NCBI GenBank assembly: GCA_963759335.1
Contig: CAVWYU010000014.1
Span: 163,551-227,550, forward strand
DNA length: 64,000 nucleotides
DNA from: an uncultured Bacteroidota bacterium
GTDB lineage: Bacteria > Bacteroidota > Bacteroidia > Chitinophagales > Chitinophagaceae
Reading direction: 5' to 3'
In this document: piece by piece, positions 30,101 through 39,933 of the stretch
Layout of the letters: each line of letters opens with the position of its first letter
Numbering within the stretch: position 1 is the stretch's first letter
The notes under the pieces: model-generated
What the model was told of the DNA's origin: nothing
What the model saw: only the letters and a program-made list of their open reading frames with translations
Databases searched by the model: none
Translations under genes and position numbers: made by a program

Positions 30101-30893
30101 GATTCACGCGTTTGATGCTGGTATCCAGCACACGCAGAAAAGGTTTACCATCTTTATATGAGAATTCAAATCTGCCCTTGATATCGTCATTCAAAGAATA
30201 TCCGTATGCTTCAAGCAGTTTGTTTTTTTCTTTATCCCAGTTCCGGATGCTGTCAAAATAATAGGAACCATGGGCCTGTAACAACTGGAGAAACAATATC
30301 ACTTTGGGGAGACAAAGCGGATGATCGGTATCGGGATAAGTAGAACTGGTATCAAAATTTCTTTCTTCATTTTTTCTGATAACCACCGGATATTTTACAC
30401 CTTCAATGTCCACGCTGGCTTTTACTGTTTCATCAGCGGCCAGCAGTATACTTGCTTTTTTTGACTGTAAATATTTACCCGCTTCTTCATATACTTCGCG
30501 GGAACAAAGCAAACGCAGCGTTTTCAGATCAATCGACTTCATCTTAATGACGGTATGCGACTGATCATAATGAATTTCCTCGGCCTTCAGCATGTTCCGG
30601 TCCAGGAGTTCCTGAAGCTGGATCAGCGCGGCTGCTTCATGACGGCAGATATCTCCCAGGTTATAAGGGCAGCTGCAACGAACGGAAAGGGCCTTCGCGT
30701 CTCGAAATTTCTGTACAAAAACCTTGTAGTATGTGGAATAGCTGTCATCCTTGATGCGGAAGGTTACGGTTTCGAATAGCTCATCGTATTCGATCAGTTC
30801 GACGTACCCAATGGCGTGAATCTTCTTACCCCGGCGGATAACTTCATCGGTTCCATTCGTGTAAACGTATTTAATAAGGTGCGGTAAGGCCAT
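27141..30893 (-). CDS. SWIM zinc finger + SNF2 family helicase
   Basis: CSCP...CRH (SWIM), DDMGLGKT, DESQ, SLKAGG.GLNLT and QAIDRTHRIGQ motifs. Confidence 0.93.
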   Translation of the reverse strand: MALPHLIKYVYTNGTDEVIRRGKKIHAIGYVELIEYDELFETVTFRIKDDSYSTYYKVFVQKFRDAKALSVRCSCPYNLGDICRHEAAALIQLQELLDRNMLKAEEIHYDQSHTVIKMKSIDLKTLRLLCSREVYEEAGKYLQSKKASILLAADETVKASVDIEGVKYPVVIRKNEERNFDTSSTYPDTDHPLCLPKVILFLQLLQAHGSYYFDSIRNWDKEKNKLLEAYGYSLNDDIKGRFEFSYKDGKPFLRVLDTSIKRVNPAALSRPKPEIESEVAEEVLEPEQKASSVQRLGVVFNFNHESYPGFLLDAISGESNEQQTAYVGKVEKLELAKFVNTEKLNEADRQLVFSLRKTQEQEVNKYLNRNSPFSGMWENIIHTEGEELPDDTKALIIEYLHPRYRKLFTELSENPFIFFLNGHKPFKTSNLQTVNLSPDPVSPSFKVSINKNNIEIKAYTRITGQSIDLTQNKCNSQVILFINNCLYLWDKPEDIAVIAKFTDGRMTISKSDWPGQLRNFVIPLQKEYHVEFENDLIREVKSGDPERKVLLQEKGDYLLFQPVFSYKGFETTSIGKDQLVVPDGDKVLLIQRNKEKETAFITQLQSLHSQFIQPQGSSGLALRGSDVLKNNWFFLFMDAMQEMKVTVQGFEALKNFRFNTSRPQTKIHISSSTDWFDARVDIIFGDQKVSIADVKKALANKQQFVPLTDGTLGVLPDEWVKRYALLFRVGEGKSNELRLSRYHLSVIDELYENRNEEELIIHLEKKYEQLKEFKKIKEIDPPAHLLHTLRPYQIHGFHWLNYLHEVNWGGILADDMGLGKTIQALSFLHHYKEHYGHLRALVVCPTTLIFNWENEIKKFAPGLTYRIHHGGERLRNKEALNNFQVIITTYGTLRSDIKLLMDMPLDYVVLDESQAIKNPASKVTKAACLLRAKHRLCMSGTPLQNNTFDIFAQMNFLNPGMLGSIEFFRQEFAIPIDKFGEPDRKDHLRKLLFPFILRRTKEQVAKDLPEKTETILFCEMEEEQRKVYDAYRNDYRDKILGTIESQGIQKSQLTILQGLMKLRQICDSPAILNETDKYPNHSIKLDELAREISENIGNHKALIFSQFLGMLALIKEKLIELEIPFAYFDGSTTATDREKAIREFQDNDSCRVFLISLKAGGVGLNLTAADYVYIVDPWWNPAVEQQAIDRTHRIGQTKNIFAYRMICKDSIEDKILQLQDRKRILAKDLIADDDGFVKSLSREDVEYLFS

Positions 30894-30955
30894 TCAACTT
30901 GTCTGTTTTCTACATGCCTGTACCAGAATAATTCAGTTCTGAAAAGGCTAATCTG

Positions 30956-30963
30956 CAAAAGTA
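30956..30963 (-). promoter_or_regulatory. -7 element TACTTTTG (SNF2)
   Basis: Exact TAnnTTTG. Confidence 0.5.
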
Positions 30964-31203
30964 AAGGAAAAATATTATGACTTGAAAGATTTGAACCTTC
31001 TTTTCCCTCAGTGAATGCTAAAGTTCATCTAAATGGCCTGGTTTACCCTATAAGCCGGTTTTATAACCCGGCGACCAACGGTATAAAGCAGGTTTTCTAT
31101 GCCATGCCGATTGAATCTCAGGCATCCATATCCGAGGTGACGTCTGAAACAGGAAACCGGTTAAAATCAGTTATATAAACTAAACTAACTTAATCCATAA
31201 CGG

Positions 31204-31233
31204 TTTGGAATGCCTTTTGACAATATATCTTTG
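31204..31233 (+). promoter_or_regulatory. Promoter TTTG-N18-TATCTTTG (M28 peptidase)
   Basis: -33 and -7 elements present. Confidence 0.55.
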
Positions 31234-31259
31234 TATCCGTACTTCGCAAACAGATCTTC

Positions 31260-32915
31260 ATGATACGAAGCATTTTATTATCGTTTATTTTTATCCTTAC
31301 TCTTTTCCCGTTTGCCCATTCACAAAAGCTTCGCAAGGCTGATAAGGAGATCGTTGCAGAACTTCAGACCGATATCAATTATCTGTCAAATGACAAACTG
31401 GAAGGCCGGCGTTCAGGTACAGCGGGGGAAACACTGGCATCTGATTACATTATTGCAGATTTTGCGAAAGCAGGGTTGAAACCCATGGGAGACAGCGGCA
31501 CCTGGCTCCAGCGTTTTGAAATTTATGACGGAAGGGATATCAGCCGCAGTATTTTTAAAATAAATAATTCGGCTCTGCTCCTGAATACTGATTTTTTCCC
31601 CTTACCCTTCAGTGCCACCGGAAAAGTGGAAGGGTCACCGGCTATAGCATTGCAGGAAAGCGGCTCTCCCTGGTTTTATGATTTGAAGGAAACCATTGAA
31701 GGGTCACAGTCCAACCCGCATTTTGATTTGACCAAATTTCTAAGAGAGAAAACAAAACAATTTGCAGGAAAAGGGGCCAGCGCCGTGGTTTTTTATAACA
31801 GTTCAAAAACAGATGACGGAATAGTATTTGATCCTGCTGAAGGAATCCGCCCTGAGAAAATTCCCGTTCTCTATGTAACAAAAACAGGCAGAAAAAAATA
31901 TCTGAAGGACATATCACAAACACTGGACGTGGCAATGGATGTGGAGATGGAAGAAAGAAAAAGATGGGGCCATAATATACTGGGGTACCAGGATAATGGT
32001 GCGCCTTATACCGTAATTATTGGTGCGCATTACGATCACCTTGGATTTGGTGAAGACGGCAATTCATTGTATCGGGGAACCGAGAAAATGATACATCCCG
32101 GAGCGGACGATAATGCAAGTGGTGTTGCAGGTATGATAGAACTCGCCCGCTTGCTGAAAAAAACAAAGAATCCCAAAACAAATTATTTATTTATCGCTTT
32201 TTCCGGTGAGGAATCCGGTCTGATCGGATCAAAGCACTTTACCGAATATCCTACGCTGCCTTTGTCGAAAATCAGCTATATGATGAATCTGGATATGATC
32301 GGCCGGCTGAATGATAGTACGCATACACTTACCATCGGTGGTTATGGTACATCGCCCCAATGGTCAGATCTGATCAACAGCACAATAAATAAAAAACTGT
32401 TGATCCTGAATGTGGATTCAAGTGGTACTGGTCCCAGTGATCATACATCATTCTACCTGAAAAGCATTCCGGTTTTATTTTTCTTTACCGGTATTCATTC
32501 TGATTATCACAAACCAACGGACCGGGCAGACAAAATAAATTACCCGGGTGAGTTGCAGGTAATCAAACTGATTTATGCGATCACACAAAAGATGGACGGA
32601 ATGAATAAGCCGGTATTCACAAAAACACGAGACAGGCAATTTGGCGTGGCGCCTGCTTTCAATGTCACGCTGGGTATCATGCCCGACTATAGTTTTCCCG
32701 GCAGCGGTTTGCGTATTGATGCAATCAGCGAAGGCCGCCCGGCTGAAAAAGCCGGCTTAAAAACCGGTGACATTATTACCCGTCTCGGAAATTATTCCGT
32801 TATATCGCTGCAAACATATATGGATGCGCTTGCAAAATTTAACAGGGACGATCAGACGACTGTAGTGTTCCTGAGAGGAAATGAAGAAATGAAGGCCGCC
32901 GTCCAATTTAAATAA
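31260..32915 (+). CDS. M28 peptidase with PA and PDZ domains
   Basis: GAHYDH, GADDNASG, SGEE, SDH and YHKPTD motifs; C-terminal RPAEKAGL. Confidence 0.9.
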   Translation: MIRSILLSFIFILTLFPFAHSQKLRKADKEIVAELQTDINYLSNDKLEGRRSGTAGETLASDYIIADFAKAGLKPMGDSGTWLQRFEIYDGRDISRSIFKINNSALLLNTDFFPLPFSATGKVEGSPAIALQESGSPWFYDLKETIEGSQSNPHFDLTKFLREKTKQFAGKGASAVVFYNSSKTDDGIVFDPAEGIRPEKIPVLYVTKTGRKKYLKDISQTLDVAMDVEMEERKRWGHNILGYQDNGAPYTVIIGAHYDHLGFGEDGNSLYRGTEKMIHPGADDNASGVAGMIELARLLKKTKNPKTNYLFIAFSGEESGLIGSKHFTEYPTLPLSKISYMMNLDMIGRLNDSTHTLTIGGYGTSPQWSDLINSTINKKLLILNVDSSGTGPSDHTSFYLKSIPVLFFFTGIHSDYHKPTDRADKINYPGELQVIKLIYAITQKMDGMNKPVFTKTRDRQFGVAPAFNVTLGIMPDYSFPGSGLRIDAISEGRPAEKAGLKTGDIITRLGNYSVISLQTYMDALAKFNRDDQTTVVFLRGNEEMKAAVQFK

Positions 32916-32919
32916 CGAT

Positions 32920-33357
32920 ATGAAGTCTTTGAAGCTGGACATGGACAATATGGAGGGAGATTTTTTTGATTGCTCCCGCCTGCTGGGTATTGTTGCACCA
33001 TTGAAAGGATATCGTTTCTGCTGGCAGTTGAATCGCCAGATGCGGCTCGATTTCCGCATCACCAACCAGATAGAAATTCCCATGATCCGGAAAAAACGTC
33101 AATATTTTTTTACGGTATATGAATGTCCGGAGCCACACAAGACCCTGGTACATTATCTCTATAATAATCAGTTTGACGGGGAATTCTTATTGCCTCAGTT
33201 CAGACACCTTGATTTTTTCTGGCTGTTGAAAGGGGATGCTGTTTCTGATGAACTGATGATAGAAATGATGGATTCCATCAAGTCCATAACGGGTGTTCAA
33301 ATGGTAACCGAGCTCACACACATGAAAATTAAACACAGGGAGAACCTCATTTTCTAA
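32920..33357 (+). CDS. IPExxxVDY family protein
   Basis: Y..CWQLN and LLPQFRHLDF (family-motif variant); ends ENLIF. Confidence 0.75.
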   Translation: MKSLKLDMDNMEGDFFDCSRLLGIVAPLKGYRFCWQLNRQMRLDFRITNQIEIPMIRKKRQYFFTVYECPEPHKTLVHYLYNNQFDGEFLLPQFRHLDFFWLLKGDAVSDELMIEMMDSIKSITGVQMVTELTHMKIKHRENLIF

Positions 33358-33439
33358 TTGTCAATGGTTAATTGTCAATTGTCAATGGGGATTCAGCATT
33401 TAATTTAATTAACAATTGACAATTATCCATTGACAATTA
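33355..33439. repeat. Inverted AATTGTC heptamer arrays (32-bp stem, 30/32 complementary)
   Basis: 33355-33386 versus 33408-33439; fills the gap between two convergent stop codons. Confidence 0.9.
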
Positions 33440-33440
33440 T

Positions 33441-35159
33441 TTAGCTGTTCATACTCGCCAGAAACTCCTCATTGCTTTTTGTACCGCGCATACGTTTCAG
33501 TAATTCATTCATAGCTTCTTCCGTGTTCATATCGTTGAGGTACACGCGAAGCAGATTCATGCGCTGCAGGATTTCTCTTTCAAGTAAAAGATCATCGCGT
33601 CGTGTAGAAGAAGCAACAAGGTCAATGGCAGGGAAAATACGCCGGTTGGCGAGACGCCTGTCAAGCTGCAATTCCATATTACCCGTTCCTTTGAATTCTT
33701 CAAAGATCACTTCGTCCATTTTGGATCCGGTATCTATAAGGGCTGTCGCGAGAATCGTGAGGGAGCCTCCATTTTCTATTTTACGTGCAGCACCAAAAAA
33801 TTGCTTGGGTTTCTGCATGGCATTGGCTTCCACACCACCGCTCAATACCTTGCCTGAGGAAGGAGCAACGGTATTGTGCGCCCGGGCCAGACGGGTGATG
33901 GAATCCAGAAGGATCACAACATCATGACCACATTCTACCAGACGTTTGGCCTTTTGCAATGCGACGGTAGAAACCTTTACGTGTTTTTCAGCCGGTTCAT
34001 CAAAAGTAGAAGCGATCACTTCGGCACGTACAGAACGTTCCATATCGGTCACTTCCTCCGGTCTTTCATCCACGAGCACAATCATCAGGTAACATTCCGG
34101 ATGATTAATGGCGATGGCATTGGCAACAGCCTTCAGCAGCATCGTCTTACCCGTTTTAGGCTGCGACACGATCAGTCCGCGCTGTCCCTTTCCAATCGGG
34201 GTAAACAAATCAATGATTCTGGTTGAAAAATCGGATGGGTTTACAAATAGGTTCAGTTTTTCAAATGGGAAAAGCGGCGTCAGATAATCGAAAGGAACAC
34301 GGTCCCTGACATCATCCGGAGATTTATTATTGATCGTCTCCACTTTTAACAGGGCAAAATATTTTTCGCCTTCTTTCGGTGGACGAACAGAACCATACAC
34401 CGTATCACCGGTTTTTAAACCGAATAATTTTATCTGGGATGGGGAAACGTATACATCATCCGGCGATGAGAGATAATTATAGTCGCTGCTTCGAAGAAAT
34501 CCGTATCCATCAGGCATCATTTCCAATACACCCTCTGCCTGGATTACACCATCAAATTCGATATTAAAAGTTTCATTACGGCGCGGCGGATAAGGTTTTT
34601 GTTGCTGTTCTCCATTTCCCGGGCGGTTTTGCTCAGGGGATGATCCACTCTCTTCGGTACTATTTTCCTGCTCGCCGGTCTGGTTGTTATTATTGTTGTT
34701 GATATTTTCGGAACCGTCTGATTCTTCTGATGCGACAGCATGCCGCTGATTCGCCGGATCCGGTCTTGCGTGTGCGGGCGGTTTATTAAATTCAGCCGGC
34801 GACGTTATTTCACTCTCTTCTTCATCTTCCTTCTTACGCAGTTTTTTTACGATGGGTTTTTCCTCTTTTCTTTTAAGGTCTTTTTTTGGTTCCGGCTTTT
34901 TAAGTTTCGGTGCCGGGTCGCCACTTTCTACAAAAGCTTCTTCACTTGAATTGGCAGTTGTTGTTTTTACAATGCGTTTACGTTTGATGCCACTATCGGC
35001 GCCATCAGCTTTTTCACTCGGCGAGAGGGCCTGTTTATCCAATATCTTATAAACGAGTTCCTGTTTATCTAATTTTTTGGAGTTGGGGATCTTCAGCTGC
35101 TCAGCGATGTCGAGCAGTTCGGGAACGAGCATGTCGTTTAGTTGGAGTATGTCGTACAT
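33441..35159 (-). CDS. rho: Transcription termination factor Rho with long N-terminal insertion
   Basis: [28 protein letters not shown] and DSITRLARA motifs. Confidence 0.97.
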   Translation of the reverse strand: MYDILQLNDMLVPELLDIAEQLKIPNSKKLDKQELVYKILDKQALSPSEKADGADSGIKRKRIVKTTTANSSEEAFVESGDPAPKLKKPEPKKDLKRKEEKPIVKKLRKKEDEEESEITSPAEFNKPPAHARPDPANQRHAVASEESDGSENINNNNNNQTGEQENSTEESGSSPEQNRPGNGEQQQKPYPPRRNETFNIEFDGVIQAEGVLEMMPDGYGFLRSSDYNYLSSPDDVYVSPSQIKLFGLKTGDTVYGSVRPPKEGEKYFALLKVETINNKSPDDVRDRVPFDYLTPLFPFEKLNLFVNPSDFSTRIIDLFTPIGKGQRGLIVSQPKTGKTMLLKAVANAIAINHPECYLMIVLVDERPEEVTDMERSVRAEVIASTFDEPAEKHVKVSTVALQKAKRLVECGHDVVILLDSITRLARAHNTVAPSSGKVLSGGVEANAMQKPKQFFGAARKIENGGSLTILATALIDTGSKMDEVIFEEFKGTGNMELQLDRRLANRRIFPAIDLVASSTRRDDLLLEREILQRMNLLRVYLNDMNTEEAMNELLKRMRGTKSNEEFLASMNS

Positions 35160-35346
35160 AATAAAACTTGAGAATTACGGCAGTTAGAACTGACCTGTAG
35201 GAAAAGAATTTGTGAATGTATATTGATTAAAGACGAGCGGAATGACTAAAACTGACGGTTGCGAGCAAAGGATAAGAAACGAATCAGCCTGATTCCGATG
35301 CAATGATAATATAAAAACGGAAAATCTAAAAAAATATTTCAAGGAT

Positions 35347-35354
35347 TATCTTTG
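35347..35354 (+). promoter_or_regulatory. -7 element TATCTTTG (asnS)
   Basis: Exact TAnnTTTG. Confidence 0.6.
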
Positions 35355-35388
35355 CCCTCTTTATTCATTCGCAAGCTTAAAATATCTA

Positions 35389-36825
35389 ATGTTTAACAAA
35401 CGTACTAAAATAAAGGAAGCGCTCAGGATGCCAGCGGGATCATCTGACATAACCGTCATGGGATGGGTCAGAACCCTGCGTAATAATCAGTTTATAGCTT
35501 TAAATGACGGTTCTTCCAACGAAAACCTGCAGATCGTACTTGAGTTAGGTCTGTTTGATGAAGATCTGTTAAAGAAGATTACAACCGGAACATCTATCCG
35601 CGCTGTCGGGAAGCTCGTAGAGTCTCTGGGAAAAGGTCAGCTTGTAGAGCTAAAAGCCGGCACAGTGGAGATTCTTGGATTATGTGACGCAGAAAAATTT
35701 CCGCTCCAGCCGAAGAAGCATAGCCTTGAATTCCTCCGCGAAATAGCCCACCTGCGTTTTCGGACGAACACATTCGGCTCCGTGTTTCGTGTTCGTCATG
35801 CCCTGGCATTTGCCGTACACCAGTTTTTTCATGAAAGGGGGTTTGTTTACCTGCACACACCCATTATCACGGCTTCCGATGCCGAAGGTGCGGGTGAAAT
35901 GTTTAAGGTAACCACGCTTCCATTTGATAGCACCCCCCGTGATGAACAGGGGTTGGTGAATTTTAAGGATGATTTTTTTGGAAGAGCCACCAATCTTACA
36001 GTAAGCGGACAACTGGAAGGGGAGCTGGCTTCTATGGGTTTTTCAGAGATCTATACTTTTGGACCCACGTTCCGGGCGGAAAATTCCAATACAACCAGAC
36101 ATCTGGCGGAATTCTGGATGATCGAACCGGAAGTTGCATTTAATGATCTGGAGGATAACGCAAACCTGGCAGAAGCATTTGTGCGATACTTGATAAACTA
36201 TGTCTTAAAAAATAACCGGGATGATCTGGAATTTCTCGACCAGCGCCTGGCAGACGAAGAAAAACAAAAGCCGCAAAATGAACGCAGCGAAACAGGACTG
36301 ATTGAAAAGCTCGAATCTGTTGCAGGCCAGGACTTCGAACGGATCACCTATACCCAGGCCATCGCGATCCTGCTGGAATCTCCGGCTTATAAAAAGAAAA
36401 AATTCAAATATGAATTATTCTGGGGTGCAGACATGCAAAGTGAACACGAACGATACCTCGTGGAAAAGCATTTTAAGAAACCCGTTATCGTGACTGACTA
36501 TCCAAAAGAAATCAAGGCATTTTATATGCGTCAGAATGAAGATGGCAAAACGGTCGCGGCGATGGACATCCTGGCCCCGGGCATTGGTGAGATCGTAGGA
36601 GGATCACAAAGAGAGGAAAGATTGGATGTACTCGAGGCCCGGATGAGGGAAATGCATATTCCCGTTGAACAAATGTGGTGGTACCTCGATTCCCGCCGGT
36701 TTGGAAGCGTTCCGCATGCTGGTTTCGGGCTAGGCTTCGAACGTATGGTTCAGTTTGTGACTGGCATGACCAATATCAGGGATGTGATTCCTTTTCCGCG
36801 TACTCCCAAGAATGCGGAGTTTTAG
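35389..36825 (+). CDS. asnS: Asparagine--tRNA ligase
   Basis: [33 protein letters not shown] and GFGLGFER motifs. Confidence 0.96.
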   Translation: MFNKRTKIKEALRMPAGSSDITVMGWVRTLRNNQFIALNDGSSNENLQIVLELGLFDEDLLKKITTGTSIRAVGKLVESLGKGQLVELKAGTVEILGLCDAEKFPLQPKKHSLEFLREIAHLRFRTNTFGSVFRVRHALAFAVHQFFHERGFVYLHTPIITASDAEGAGEMFKVTTLPFDSTPRDEQGLVNFKDDFFGRATNLTVSGQLEGELASMGFSEIYTFGPTFRAENSNTTRHLAEFWMIEPEVAFNDLEDNANLAEAFVRYLINYVLKNNRDDLEFLDQRLADEEKQKPQNERSETGLIEKLESVAGQDFERITYTQAIAILLESPAYKKKKFKYELFWGADMQSEHERYLVEKHFKKPVIVTDYPKEIKAFYMRQNEDGKTVAAMDILAPGIGEIVGGSQREERLDVLEARMREMHIPVEQMWWYLDSRRFGSVPHAGFGLGFERMVQFVTGMTNIRDVIPFPRTPKNAEF

Positions 36826-37101
36826 GGCCTGAGGCAGGAGGCAGGATGCTTGATGCGGGTAGCAATGGGAAAGACACCAAAATCAAGCATTCCGCATCGG
36901 GCCTTCGGTCTACAGCCTCCCGCGTCCTGCCCCCTATGTCCGGGTCTTGCATCCCGCGCCTCCTGCCTCCTGCCTAACGCCGTCCTGCCTCGCGCCTCCT
37001 GCCTCACGCCTCCTGCCTCACGCCTCCTGCCTCCCGCCTCCCGCCTCCTGCCTCCTGCCTCCCGCCTCCTGCCTCCCGCCTCCTGCCTCCTGCCTCCCGC
37101 C
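36826..37101. repeat. Large TCCTGCC/TCCCGCC heptamer array with a short inverted arm
   Basis: Left arm GGCCTGA GGCAGGA GGCAGGA TGCTTGA (36826-36853). Degenerate units from 36883; 17 uninterrupted units 36983-37101. Confidence 0.95.
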
Positions 37102-37349
37102 TCAAGTCTCCGCTCAACCTTCGATCAACCTTCGATCAAAGGCACATTTTACAGATGGATGAACGTAGGTTGGTCGATCCATGAACGAAGTTTCATGGTC
37201 CAATGAAAAGTTCCCACCCATCACTGAAAATAACCGTCGTACATTTTATTTCTGAGTCTTGCCGATGATTATTAATTTATATATTGCTAATAATCAATGA
37301 TATACGATTTACGCTCTCGGATACTATAAAAAGTATTGACCTTTCTATG

Positions 37350-37390
37350 GTACTTTGTTTTGCATAGTACTAAATAACTCTCTATATTTG
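37350..37390 (+). promoter_or_regulatory. padR promoter (TTTG-N20-TATATTTG) overlapped by the GTACT-N11-AGTAC inverted repeat
   Basis: TTTG 37359-37362, -7 element 37383-37390, palindrome 37350-37370. Confidence 0.6.
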
Positions 37391-37427
37391 TACTGCGGGT
37401 GGGGATCACCCGATAAATGTCAAGACA

Positions 37428-37778
37428 ATGAATATAGAAAACACACAGAGCCAGATGCGTAAGGGTATTCTGGAATTCTGTATTCTTTCCATTATCAGGC
37501 GCGGAGAGGCTTATCCTTCGGATATCGTCGAAGAAATGAGGTCAGCCAATCTGAATATTCTGGAAGGAACCCTTTACCCTTTGCTTACCAGATTGAAAAA
37601 TGCGGATATGCTCACCTACCGCTGGGTAGAAAGTAACTCCGGCCCCCCGCGGAAATATTTTTCCCTTACCGAAAAGGGACTGGCGTTTTACAGGGAGCTG
37701 GAAACAACCTGGAAAGAACTCGCCAACGCAGTGGATGCCCTGGCAAACAAAACAGAAATAAGAGCAGAGAATCCATAA
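37428..37778 (+). CDS. PadR family transcriptional regulator
   Basis: MRKGILE, EGTLYPLL.RL and GPPRKY motifs. Confidence 0.93.
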   Translation: MNIENTQSQMRKGILEFCILSIIRRGEAYPSDIVEEMRSANLNILEGTLYPLLTRLKNADMLTYRWVESNSGPPRKYFSLTEKGLAFYRELETTWKELANAVDALANKTEIRAENP

Positions 37779-37809
37779 ACAACCTTAACAATCTCCAAAT
37801 AAGCGAAAA

Positions 37810-39933
37810 ATGAAAAAGATTATCAACATAAATTTTCACAGCCGGGTTATCCCGATTGAAGAAACAGCATATGATATATTGCGCAAATACGTTGACAGTC
37901 TGAAAAAACATTTTGCAGGCGAAGAAGGCGGCGACGAAATCGTAAACGATATTGAAAACCGCTTTGCAGAACTTTTTTCAGATCGTCTTAAAAAAGGCGC
38001 AACCTGTATTACAGATGCTGACGTAGAAGAAATCATCACGAGCATGGGTCGTCCGGAAGATTTTGACCAGGACGAGCCCGGTATTTCAAACGGAAACAGC
38101 AGCCGCACTTCATCTTCATTCGCCGAAGAAGCCGCGACAGAGGAACCGCGCCGCCTGTATCGTTCAGAAAACGACAAGATGCTGGGCGGGATATGTGGTG
38201 GTATAGCAGCTTATCTTAAAATAGATTCTTCTGTCGTGCGAATACTTTTCGCCCTCCTTACCCTCGGGTTCGGAACAGGAATATTGGTTTATCTCATTTT
38301 GTGGATCGTGCTTCCACCAAAATCAACGGTTACGAATATCAGGAAGAGACTTTTCCGTGATCCTGATCACCGGGTGATCGGAGGAGTAGCTAGTGGGCTG
38401 GCAGCCTATTTTAATATAGAAATATGGATTCCCCGTGTGATATTTTGTCTTCCACTGATTCTGGGAGTCCTAAGAGCGATTTTTCGTCATGCCTGGTTCG
38501 ATTTTGATAATTCCTTTTCTTTCATTGCAAATGGTTTTGGTGGAGGGTTAACAACCATTTATATCATACTCTGGATAGTTTTACCTGAAGCCAGGACTGC
38601 ATCGGAAAAACTGGAAATGCGGGGAGAAAAAATTGATCTCGAGTCCATCAAGAATACGATCAAGAGCGACCTGGAAGGCTTTAGACAAAAGGCAACCGTA
38701 GTAGGGGGAGAAATAAAAGAAAGGGCGGAACAGTTTAGCAATGAAATGAAAAACAGGTCTGGCAATATAAGGAAGGAATTTTCAAATACGAGTGTTCCCC
38801 GTCAGGGAATAGGACATGCCATCGGTGTTCTTTTTAAAGCATTCTTTTTATTTATCTCCGTGATCATAACACTTGCACTGGTTATGGCCCTTATCGGCCT
38901 GACGTTTACCGGAGCAGGAGTTCTCCCGTTGAAGAATTATTTTATCCATGGTTTCTGGCAGAATATTTTGGCCTGGAGTGTGCTTATTCTGTTTCTGCTC
39001 CTGCCTGTTATCGGTATCTTAACCTGGCTAATCCGTCGTATCATCGGCGTGCGTCGCGGTAGTAATTACCTAGGATATGTTTTCGGCGGACTCTGGGTGA
39101 TTGGCCTTATCAGTTTTATTTTCCTTTTGGCAAATTTTAGCAGGAATTTCAATGCACGTAATGGTGAAAAAACTGAAGTCAGCATAACATCCCCTGCAAA
39201 TGGAAAAATGATTGTGAGAATGGATGACAGCAGAGCTGAATTTTATGAGTCCGACTGGATGGGCATTAACTGGCATCATAAAGGACCTTTCTTTGATGTT
39301 ACTGACGACAGCGTAATTATGAATAATGTGCGAATCGATGTAATTAAAAGCGAGGACAGCAGTTGGCATCTGGATATCGAAAAACTCAGCCGCGGCAAGA
39401 CCACATCTGAAGCGTTTAATACCGCTTCTGCTATCAATTTCAATGTTAATCAGCATGACAGCCTGTTATCTTTGGCCCGCGGATTTGCAATCACCCCGAA
39501 AGAACAATTCCGGAATCAGCAGGTACGTGTTGTTATCAAAGTGCCGGTTGGTAAAAGAATTTTTCTTTCAGAAAACCTGGACGACTACCATTGGTTCAAC
39601 ATGAACAGGAAACGGCAGAATAACGGAGTGAACATGGATTGGGAATACACAGATGATCACGATCGTTCCTGGGATTCCAACATAGAATATGTAATGACGG
39701 ATCACGGCCTTGAAAGAACCAACAGAAAATATAATAACGAAGATGAAGAAATGGACAGAAATTCGGTACCTGACAGTACCCAGAAGAAAAATCCAAAGGG
39801 AGATTACCGTTATCATAAACCAAAAACAACCCGTACTTTAAATGAGCCGGTTCCTCCAAAAACTCCTGGAATTAAGGAAGCCGAATCCAGTGAGTCCAGC
39901 GCAACCCTGGTTCTGCTGACCAACCTCAGTTAG
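37810..39933 (+). CDS. PspC domain membrane protein (N-terminal helical domain, two PspC repeats, TM region, extracytoplasmic beta domain)
   Basis: MKKIININ...EIVNDIE.R..ELF; RLYRSENDKMLGG.CGG; RLFRDPD.RVIGGV.SG. Confidence 0.88.
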   Translation: MKKIININFHSRVIPIEETAYDILRKYVDSLKKHFAGEEGGDEIVNDIENRFAELFSDRLKKGATCITDADVEEIITSMGRPEDFDQDEPGISNGNSSRTSSSFAEEAATEEPRRLYRSENDKMLGGICGGIAAYLKIDSSVVRILFALLTLGFGTGILVYLILWIVLPPKSTVTNIRKRLFRDPDHRVIGGVASGLAAYFNIEIWIPRVIFCLPLILGVLRAIFRHAWFDFDNSFSFIANGFGGGLTTIYIILWIVLPEARTASEKLEMRGEKIDLESIKNTIKSDLEGFRQKATVVGGEIKERAEQFSNEMKNRSGNIRKEFSNTSVPRQGIGHAIGVLFKAFFLFISVIITLALVMALIGLTFTGAGVLPLKNYFIHGFWQNILAWSVLILFLLLPVIGILTWLIRRIIGVRRGSNYLGYVFGGLWVIGLISFIFLLANFSRNFNARNGEKTEVSITSPANGKMIVRMDDSRAEFYESDWMGINWHHKGPFFDVTDDSVIMNNVRIDVIKSEDSSWHLDIEKLSRGKTTSEAFNTASAINFNVNQHDSLLSLARGFAITPKEQFRNQQVRVVIKVPVGKRIFLSENLDDYHWFNMNRKRQNNGVNMDWEYTDDHDRSWDSNIEYVMTDHGLERTNRKYNNEDEEMDRNSVPDSTQKKNPKGDYRYHKPKTTRTLNEPVPPKTPGIKEAESSESSATLVLLTNLS

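Noticed and set aside
31011-31178. 55-codon GTG-start ORF in the SNF2/M28 divergent gap
   Set aside because: Short, no recognisable motif and no supporting promoter; cannot be supported without homologues.
36883-37101. CRISPR array
   Set aside because: 7-bp tandem units without unique spacers; no cas genes in the window.
36822-37206. ORFs with PPASRLL / RQEAR repeats
   Set aside because: Translations of the heptamer array, which has no stop codons in several frames.
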